Source: a virus (lineage: Duplodnaviria; Caudoviricetes). From it: 64,000 nt of DNA. This document shows positions 55,680-64,000 of the stretch, piece after piece. Numbering within the stretch: the stretch's first letter is position 1; every line of letters begins with the position of its first letter. The translations under genes and the position numbers were made by a program. The stretch covers positions 589 to 64,588 of IMG/VR virus record IMGVR_UViG_3300036651_002280. One strand, 5' to 3'. Below the pieces are notes generated by a model, which saw nothing but the letters and a program-made list of their open reading frames with translations, was not told the DNA's origin and made no database searches.

Positions 55680-56826
55680 GCAGCTGTCCAACGGGCCGCA
55701 CCTCATCACCACGGCCCCCACGATCACCACCTGCTTCCGCTGCGGAGCCATGGTGCTGGCCGCCACCGTCGGCGGCCTCGACTACCGGATCGACGTCGAT
55801 CCGCTGACCGAGCTGGGTGAGCTGAGCGCCCTGCTGGCCAACCGCGCCACGTTCGACCTCACCGGCGAGCTTCTGGTCCGCCGGACGCCGGAGCGGATCC
55901 GGCACCACGCGCCGACGACCGTGCTGGCCGCGCACACCTGCCAGCCCACGCCGCAGGAGCACATCGACGCCGCGCACATGACCGCGGCCATCTGGCTCGT
56001 CCAGCAGCTGCTGGGCGCGGAAGTGATCGACACCACCACCGAGCCCCCGTTCTGAGAGGGAGACATGTCCACCGCCCGCAAGCAGATCCACAAGGTGGTG
56101 CGCGAGCACCCCTATTTCCTCGGCCGCCCGACCGTGCAGGCCGACTGGCTCGCCGACCAGCTGATGCCGATCGTCCGCGACGCCGTCGCCCGCGGCTTCG
56201 AGGAGGGCGCCCGCCAGCTCGAAGCGCATCCCGACGTCGACGACCTGCCCCCCGCCCTGCTGCGCCGCTGGGCGCACGACGCCCGCAACGACACCCGCCA
56301 CCTGGAGGACTGACCGATGCCCAATCTGACCGACCAGCAGCTCGCGCTGATGACCAAGGACGTCGTCACCGCACGGATGGCCCAGAACGAGGACGGCATG
56401 CTCGCCGCCCTGCAGCCGCTGGAGGACAACGGCGACTACGGCGACGCCTACCTGCTGACCGCCCGGCTGATCCGCGTCGTCATCGACTCGCTGCCGCCGC
56501 GGACCTGCCCGGTCCACGGAGCCGACGGCGACTGCACGCCGATCGTCGGCATCGCCATCACCGCGATCGACTCCGACACCGGGCAGCCGGTCCCCGTCGG
56601 CGAGGACGGCGACATGTTCGGCTCGGTCACCCCCGAGCTGGAGCGCAGCTACCCCGACCAGATCGGCTTCATGCGGATGCTGGCGGCCGAGCTGAACGCC
56701 GACGGCGAGCAGTCCGTGGCCCTCTGGCACGTCGCCGTCGACAACGACTACGCCGACCGGATCCTGTTCCACGCCATCGACTACGCCGCCGAGGCGCTGC
56801 GCGCCGGAAAGTCGCGGCTGCAGTGA
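55663..56826 (+). CDS. Three hypothetical genes (55663-56055, 56065-56313, 56317-56826)
   Basis: RBS and close spacing, phage codon bias. Confidence 0.55.
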
Positions 56827-57233
56827 GCGAGTACCCGCTGCCGCGCCCGACCGGCAAGGAGCCGTGCCGCACCGGCGACCCGGAGCGCTTCCACCCCGAG
56901 CCCGGCAACCCGAGGGCTGCAGTCGCGGCGAAGAAGGAGTGTCAGGGGTGCCCGCTGCTCGACGAGTGCCTGGACTACGCCCTGCACGTCCGCGTCTCCG
57001 GCGTCTGGGGCGGCACCAGCGAGTCCGAGCGTCGCGTCATGCGGCGGCGCCTGCACATCGTCGCCGAGCCGGTCATTCCGCAGCGGTCCGACTTCCTGCA
57101 CGACGAGATGCGCCGCAAGTACCGCGCCGGTGTCGGCCCCGGCGAGCTGGCCCGCGAGTACCGGATGTCGCCGCGCCACGTCCAGCGGATCTGCACCGGC
57201 GACATGCGCTACCAGCAGGCCCAGGCGTCGTGA
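56823..57233 (+). CDS. whiB: WhiB-family Fe-S transcription factor with C-terminal HTH
   Basis: C...DPE.F, AK..C.GCP...C...AL, GVWGG.SE.ER. Confidence 0.9.
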   Translation: MSEYPLPRPTGKEPCRTGDPERFHPEPGNPRAAVAAKKECQGCPLLDECLDYALHVRVSGVWGGTSESERRVMRRRLHIVAEPVIPQRSDFLHDEMRRKYRAGVGPGELAREYRMSPRHVQRICTGDMRYQQAQAS

Positions 57234-57401
57234 CGATCAAGAAGACCCCCGGCCTGCACACCGGGGTCTGCCCCAAGTGCGGATGCCGCCTCGTCGTCGT
57301 GCGCAAGCCCGACGGCGGCGCCGTCATCCGCCGCCACGACTGCGGATCCGGCCTGAAGGCCCGCTCCGTCGAACCGATCCCCGCCCTCGAAAGGACCACC
57401 G

Positions 57402-57725
57402 ATGCCCAGGTTCCGTGACGAACGCCCCGACACCTTCGACCCGATCAACGTCAACGTTGCGCAGGGGTCGATCAACGTCGCATCGCCGCTCGACGAGCGC
57501 ATCGACCTGCTGCGCAGGCTGCTCGACGAGGCCGACGCCGCGCTGGCGGTGCTGGAGGCCAAGCTCCAGCCGGTCCTCGCCTCGCCGGTGGAGCCCGGCC
57601 TGGCGCGTCCCGAGGCGTCCGTCGAGCCGCGCAGCGAGCTGGCGGCCTTCTTCACCTACTCCACCAGCCGCGTGCGCGACCTGAACGAGCGCATCGCCTA
57701 CGTGGTCGAGCGGGTGGACCTCTGA
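57402..57725 (+). CDS. Coiled-coil hypothetical protein
   Basis: AAGGA RBS; coupled to next gene. Confidence 0.55.
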   Translation: MPRFRDERPDTFDPINVNVAQGSINVASPLDERIDLLRRLLDEADAALAVLEAKLQPVLASPVEPGLARPEASVEPRSELAAFFTYSTSRVRDLNERIAYVVERVDL

Positions 57726-58390
57726 TGACCGCCGTCACGCCCGACCAGCTGCAGCCGGGGATGTTCTTCCTCCGGCACATCGAGGGCTGGAGCGGCCGCG
57801 TCATCTCGGCCATGCAGGCGTTCGTCCGCGGCGGCTCGTACTGGACGCACGCCGGGCTGATCCTCTCCAACGGCCAGTACATCCAGGCCCAGCCGCACGG
57901 CGCTCAGATCCACCCGGTGGAGACGCTGTTCGACGGCGCCCCGCTGCTGATCTCCGACCAGCCCGTGCAGAACGAGCTGAAGCGGCTGAGCGCCCTGATC
58001 ACCGAGTCGGACGGCAGTCCGCACGTCACCGCCGGGTGCGGACCCTGCGCCAGCAACGAGCAGCGCATCCGCGGCAAGATCGACGTCGCTGGCCGCGCGC
58101 TGGAGCACACGCCGTACAGCTACCTCGACTACCTGGCCATCGGCGCCGTCGAGTTCAACTGGCTCGGCGCGCAGCTGCTCTGCAACTACGTCGAGAGCAG
58201 CAAGCACCTCATCTGCTCTGCGCTGGCCGACCGCGCCTTCCTCAACGCCGGGGTGCACCTGTTCGACGACCACCCCTACCGGTGGTACCCGAAGAAGTCC
58301 CGGCTGCCCGGCGACGTCACGCCCGAAGACCTCGCGGTCTACGCCACGAGCAACGGCGCCGTGCCGCTGCTCAACACCGGAAGGAAGTGA
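57725..58390 (+). CDS. Permuted papain-like (NlpC/P60, YiiX-type) enzyme
   Basis: QPG..F, THAG, TPYS..DY, ICSAL.D..F..AG..LF, VTP.DL. Confidence 0.75.
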   Translation: MTAVTPDQLQPGMFFLRHIEGWSGRVISAMQAFVRGGSYWTHAGLILSNGQYIQAQPHGAQIHPVETLFDGAPLLISDQPVQNELKRLSALITESDGSPHVTAGCGPCASNEQRIRGKIDVAGRALEHTPYSYLDYLAIGAVEFNWLGAQLLCNYVESSKHLICSALADRAFLNAGVHLFDDHPYRWYPKKSRLPGDVTPEDLAVYATSNGAVPLLNTGRK

Positions 58391-58392
58391 TC

Positions 58393-58950
58393 ATGGCGCT
58401 CAGCCTGAGTGACCTCGACCAGTACCGGGCGGACAAGCAGCCGCCGGTCGACCCCAGCTACCCCGACATCATGCGGACCCTGTGGGCCCCCGAGGACGAC
58501 ATCCACGGGGCACTGAAGGCCGTCATCGCCAGCTGCCGCGCCTCGCTGATCATCGCCATGTACGGCTACGACGACGACGAGCTGGCCGCGCTCGTCGATC
58601 AGCACCTGAAGAACCCGGCGGTGTTCTGCCAGATCACGCTGGACAGCTCGCAGGCGGGCGGCGTGCACGAGCGCACCCTGCTGGCCAAGTACGCCCACGA
58701 GATGGTCGGCAACTCGGTGGCCATCGGCCGCTCCGAGCACGGCGCGATCATGCACCGCAAGGTCTGCATCGTCGACGGTCTGTGGTTCATCGGCGGCTCG
58801 ACCAACTGGTCGCTGTCCGGCGAGCAGAAGCAGGACAACCAGCTGTCGGTCGTGCAGAACGCGGCCATCTGCGCCGAGGCCCGCCGGATCCTCGACATCG
58901 AGCACGACAGCGCCCTGCAGCAGATGGCCAAGAAGCGGGCCGAGTCGTGA
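58393..58950 (+). CDS. Phospholipase D-family protein (single HKD, Nuc-like)
   Basis: MHRK.CIVDG.....GSTNWS..G...Q.N. Confidence 0.8.
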   Translation: MALSLSDLDQYRADKQPPVDPSYPDIMRTLWAPEDDIHGALKAVIASCRASLIIAMYGYDDDELAALVDQHLKNPAVFCQITLDSSQAGGVHERTLLAKYAHEMVGNSVAIGRSEHGAIMHRKVCIVDGLWFIGGSTNWSLSGEQKQDNQLSVVQNAAICAEARRILDIEHDSALQQMAKKRAES

Positions 58951-59315
58951 GCGTCGTGAGCTGCCCGGACTGTGGCGCTCCTGGCCTGTCTCACACCCCC
59001 CAGTGTGTCGGTGCTCTTGGGGGCAGTCGCGGTCTGAAGCAGCGCGAGGGTGATCAGCCGCTGCCGGTGGTCAACGAGCACCCCGACATCCAGTCGCAGG
59101 TGATCGTTGACATCGAGGCGCGCCGCCAGGTCGGCATCGGTCGCTACGGCACTGCGCTGCAGCCGTTCAACGGCCGCGACGCGCTCCGCGATCTCTACGA
59201 GGAGCTGATCGACGCCGCGATGTACGTCAAGCAGCTCATGGTCGAGCGCGAGGAGACCGAGCGCGTGTTCCGCGAGGGCACGAAGCCCGGCACGACGCCT
59301 TGGAGGTTCGAGTGA
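58947..59315 (+). CDS. Possible all-alpha NTP pyrophosphatase (MazG-like)
   Basis: R..VG..RYG..L....RD.L.D..EE..D...Y. Confidence 0.5.
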   Translation: MSVVSCPDCGAPGLSHTPQCVGALGGSRGLKQREGDQPLPVVNEHPDIQSQVIVDIEARRQVGIGRYGTALQPFNGRDALRDLYEELIDAAMYVKQLMVEREETERVFREGTKPGTTPWRFE

Positions 59316-60116
59316 GCGTCCGCGTCACCGTCTCCTGCAACGGGAAGTGGCCCGGCAAGCCCTGCAGCGCCGCGGTGTCCTTCACGCCGCACATGTCCGC
59401 GGCCAAGGCGCGCGAGAAGGCCGAGAAGCTCGGCTGGAGCGTCGGCTCCGAGGGTGACCTCTGCCCGACGCACACCAGGGCCCTCGCCCGCGACCGCGCC
59501 AAGAGGGGGACGGTGTGAGCACCTTCGTCGTCTGCGGCTGCCTCAACGGGCACCGGCCGCACGACTTCGTCGCCGGAGCCTTCGGGATCTGCAGCATCTG
59601 CTGCCACGGCGTCGGCCTGCACAAGTCCAGCAGCCGCGAGAGCGCCGAGGTCGCCGACCGGATCGCCCGGCTGCTGCGCAGCCACGAGGTCGAGGACTTC
59701 TCGATCACCGACTTCGGCGAGGACGGCTCGATGCGGCTGGAGGTCAAGCTGGTCAAGCCGACCGGGGTGGTGACCCCGTGAAGCTCGACGACGACTTCGT
59801 GCTGTACGTGGCGGCCTTCGTCCTGGCCGTCCTGGTGCTGGTCGTGCTGTACCTGCACATCGAGGAGCGCGCCCGGCGCCGCCGGGTGGAGAACCGGCTG
59901 AGCAAGCTGGCCAAGAGCGTCAACGCCGAGGTCGACCGGCTCGACCGGAACGTGCAGGCGGCCCGCCGGATCCGGCACGAGCGCACCGGCGGGCAGCCGC
60001 GCGTCGACACTGCCGGACTGCCGCGCGTCGGCACCGGTCGCCAGAGGGCGGTGCCGTCCACCGATACCCGGCTCATCCCCGTGACCGACGGTCGCGGACG
60101 CCACGCCGCACGCTGA
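59312..60116 (+). CDS. Three small genes (59312-59518, 59515-59781, 59778-60116)
   Basis: GTGA overlaps; two Cys-rich, one TM. Confidence 0.5.
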
Positions 60117-60128
60117 AGGAGGGACACC

Positions 60129-60959
60129 GTGACCACCTGCGTCATGCCCAGCCGCCCCCACCGGGCGGAGGCCGGTCTGCTGCTCTGCCGTCAGCATCTC
60201 GACGAGCTGGCCGACGACCTGGTCGGCATCGAGGACGAGATGAACGACCTGGACGCCGCGCCGTCCATGCAGATCGTCTGGGGCGGCAAGGGCGGCACGC
60301 TGGCCCGCGAACAGGTGCCCATCCGCATCGACGCCGCGGTGCTCGGCGACACCCGCTACGTCCGCGACGCCGACGTGCGCCACCCGGCAGGCTTCGACAA
60401 CGGACCGCTGCCGGTCTACGGCGTGCTGCACTACTACGCCGACCTGGTCCGGGACGGCCGGATGCTGCAGCGCGTCACCCGCACCGTCGTCGAGCGGATC
60501 GGCGGCACCGGCGCCGGACCCTTCTGCCTGGACTGCGAGCACGCCAGCTGCCGCCGGATGCGCTGGACGTCCAGGATCCCGGTGACGCTGACCGTCAAGA
60601 GCGAGCGCAAGCTGCTCACCCGGCACCTGGAGTGGTGCGCCACCCAGCCGTGGATCGACGACATGGCCATCGCCGTGCACCGCCTCCACGAGCAGCTGCA
60701 GCGCGTCAACGGCACCGCCGAGGCCGGGCCGATCCCCGGCCGCTGCCCCCGGTTGAGCGACGACGCCAGGGGGGAGTGCGGCGGACGTCTCTACCCGGTC
60801 AAGCCCAAGCACACCTCCGGCGCACTCGTGCACATCGGCAGTGACGAGGTCGTGCAGGCCATCGAGTGCGACCGCAACGCCAACCACCACTGGGAGGACA
60901 AGGACTTGATCCGGCTGGCCATCATCCTCGATCAGCAGAGCGCCGAGGAGTCGGCGTGA
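60129..60959 (+). CDS. Cys-rich hypothetical protein, possible late regulator
   Basis: LC..H..L, HL.W...QPW.DD, G.CP...CGG.L, C.....W; position before terminal HTH. Confidence 0.6.
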   Translation: MTTCVMPSRPHRAEAGLLLCRQHLDELADDLVGIEDEMNDLDAAPSMQIVWGGKGGTLAREQVPIRIDAAVLGDTRYVRDADVRHPAGFDNGPLPVYGVLHYYADLVRDGRMLQRVTRTVVERIGGTGAGPFCLDCEHASCRRMRWTSRIPVTLTVKSERKLLTRHLEWCATQPWIDDMAIAVHRLHEQLQRVNGTAEAGPIPGRCPRLSDDARGECGGRLYPVKPKHTSGALVHIGSDEVVQAIECDRNANHHWEDKDLIRLAIILDQQSAEESA

Positions 60960-61488
60960 AGACCTTCGACATCACCCTGACCACCACCGGCTACCGCGTC
61001 GAGGTCTCCGACGAGATCGCCGAGAACCTGCAGGAGCAGCTGGCCAGGCCCGACGTGCAGTGGCTGGTGGTGCCCGGCGTCCGGCCCGGCGTCGAGCTGA
61101 CCTGGCTCAACCGTGACCACGTCGTCTCGATCGACGTGGAGCGCGCCCGGTGACCCTGGAGTTCGACGACATCGACCTGTCGCTCGCGCTGCGGCCGCTG
61201 AGCAGCGGCCCCGCCTGGCGCTACGACAAGTGCCACTGGTGCAGCCACGACTGGCACGGGCTGAAGTGCGGCCACTGCATCTGCGAGTCGACGCTGCACC
61301 GGCCCGACGACACCTGGCGCCCGACGCTGAGTTCCACCGCGGCCGATCAGGCGCTGCGCATCATGCACGAGACCGGCTGCGACGGCTGGGTGGCGAGCCT
61401 GTGCGCCGCACCCCCGCGCATCGGTCCCCGTAGCCCGACCATCCTGCGCTACAAGCTGTACGGCCGCGTCGCGGCCGTCCCGCGCTGA
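60956..61488 (+). CDS. Two small genes (60956-61153, 61150-61488)
   Basis: GTGA overlaps; second has C..C.H.WHGL.C. Confidence 0.5.
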
Positions 61489-61551
61489 TGAGCACGATCC
61501 TGGCGGCGTGCTGATGAGCACGATCCTGGCGGCGTGCTAATGAGCACGATC
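61488..61551 (+). repeat. 26 bp tandem repeat (2.5 copies) encoding MSTILAAC* minigenes
   Basis: ATG at 61488, 61514, 61540. Confidence 0.85.
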
Positions 61552-61710
61552 AGTGCCGAGCTGGCCGAGAGGGTGCTCGGGATCAAGCCCGCCACCCTGC
61601 GCAAGTGGGTCGAGCGTGGCCACGTCCGCAAGGTGGGCCGAGCGCTCTACGACCTCGACGACGTGCGCGCCCGCTGGCTGAAGATGGGCGACAGTGACTT
61701 GACGGACTGA
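61540..61710 (+). CDS. MerR-like HTH DNA-binding protein (56 aa, absent from ORF track)
   Basis: LGIKPATLRKWVERGH.....LYDLDDV. Confidence 0.75.
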   Translation: MSTISAELAERVLGIKPATLRKWVERGHVRKVGRALYDLDDVRARWLKMGDSDLTD

Positions 61711-61815
61711 ACGTGTGTCACACTTTCCGCGGATCATTCTGCCCACGCGCGAGTGGTCACGTTCGTCCTGAGTTCCCCCCTGGAGTGCCGATTCCCCAGG
61801 AGAGGGGGCGCCTCG

Positions 61816-63062
<1,247 letters not shown>

Positions 63063-63075
63063 GAGGACGGCAGGA

Positions 63076-63354
63076 ATGGTCGCCGGACGCGCAGTCACGC
63101 CGAAGGAAGTCAAGTCCGCCGAGGAGCTGCACAAATACTGGGTGGCCGGTCCCGGACTGAAGAAGTGGGCCGATTCTCCGCACCCGTGGACGGCGCTGCA
63201 CCGCGAACTGGCCAAGTACATCCACGACCCGAAGCTGCTGGACGCCACCGTCTCGAAGTGGCACTTCGAGGTCTTCCACCAGCACACCGGCTCCGACGCT
63301 TACCGGGTGGAGCACGGCGGCAAGATGCGCGGCAAGAGGATCGGCCCTGGGTGA
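63076..63354 (+). CDS. Hypothetical protein (L.KYW..G.G..KW...P...L...L.KY motif)
   Basis: Upstream GAGGA/AGGA; Trp/His-rich. Confidence 0.65.
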   Translation: MVAGRAVTPKEVKSAEELHKYWVAGPGLKKWADSPHPWTALHRELAKYIHDPKLLDATVSKWHFEVFHQHTGSDAYRVEHGGKMRGKRIGPG

Positions 63355-63500
63355 CCGCCGGAACGGATCGGCCCTGGGTGACCGACACCCCCAGGGGGTC
63401 TTCTGCATGCGGCCCCTGCAAGGACGATCGCCACAGCGACTGCTGTGGCGGCACTTGTGCGTGTACGGGCATCGTCTGCGCACCCCGTAGGCGTTCGTAA
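63351..63500 (+). CDS. Small Cys-rich protein
   Basis: GTGA and TAATG couplings. Confidence 0.4.
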   Translation: MTAGTDRPWVTDTPRGSSACGPCKDDRHSDCCGGTCACTGIVCAPRRRS

Positions 63501-63820
63501 TGCCCAGGGCGCCGAAACACTGCGGCTACGGGGGCTGCACCGAGCCTGTACGGAATCGCACCTACTGTGCGCGCCACACCCCGGCGGCATGGTCCGGGGG
63601 ACTCAATGCAGTACAGGGTCATGGAACTACCCGTGCACAGCGAAAGCTCGTGGCACAGGTACTTCAGGAGGAGCCATTCTGCAGGGACTGCGGAGTAATG
63701 CGTTCTGCAGAAGCCGGTCACATTGTGCCGCGTAATAAAGGCGGCCGTTATGTACGCTCTAATCTCAAAGGCCAATGTAGAGCGTGCAATCTGCGGCAGA
63801 TACAACTCGACAAGGAATAA
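63500..63820 (+). CDS. HNH endonuclease (packaging-associated type)
   Basis: C...GC..YC..H; EPFC..C....HIVP...GG....NL...C..CN; lower GC. Confidence 0.8.
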   Translation: MPRAPKHCGYGGCTEPVRNRTYCARHTPAAWSGGLNAVQGHGTTRAQRKLVAQVLQEEPFCRDCGVMRSAEAGHIVPRNKGGRYVRSNLKGQCRACNLRQIQLDKE

Positions 63821-63823
63821 CCA

Positions 63824-63982
63824 GTGCTCATTCTTCTTGGTGTGGTACTCATCGTGCTCGCCTACCTACTGGCACTGCCTCACCTCGTGGTCACGCTGGG
63901 CATCCTGTGTCTCGTGGTGGGCATCGTGCTCGCCGTCCTCGCTGCAACCGGCCACGCTGGCAACGGACGCCGCTGGTTCTGA
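63824..63982 (+). CDS. Small two-TM protein (DUF6131-like)
   Basis: AAGGA RBS; LILLG....GH..GRR.F. Confidence 0.55.
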   Translation: MLILLGVVLIVLAYLLALPHLVVTLGILCLVVGIVLAVLAATGHAGNGRRWF

Positions 63983-64000
63983 GGCGGGTGCCTCGCCTCC

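Overview
Most of the genome of a high-GC temperate siphovirus of Actinobacteria. It appears non-integrated: attP is intact and no host genes are present. Order: GH16 gene fragment, terS, LuxR-HTH, terL, portal, MuF-like head protein, a 4.3 kb accessory cassette inside the head module, scaffold, major capsid, neck, tail (frameshifted chaperone, tape measure with lytic transglycosylase), GH25 lysis cassette, a second post-lysis structural block, leftward accessory operons, attP (5' half of a tRNA-CAT), tyrosine integrase, repressor/xis switch, recombination and replication genes (RuvC, Cas4-like, SSB, primase-helicase, WhiB), an Rpf-LysM-NlpC/P60 enzyme and an HNH nuclease. The best candidate for a new system is the head-module cassette (6877-11167). 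Three unrelated stand-alone effector-like proteins share the N-terminal tag HWKHGWIPLD, and each is followed by a small partner gene; one pair is a papain-fold toxin with an Imm35-like immunity protein. They are flanked by a protein carrying a copy of the major capsid N-terminal arm and a histone-like protein with an FNPNQPRVPAG tag. Other notable signals: a hairpin-repeat-punctuated gene array, five SigR/SigH-type promoters, a stand-alone duplicate of the integrase N-terminal domain, and a chain of coupled minigenes. All family calls come from motif recognition and synteny by eye; no searches were run.
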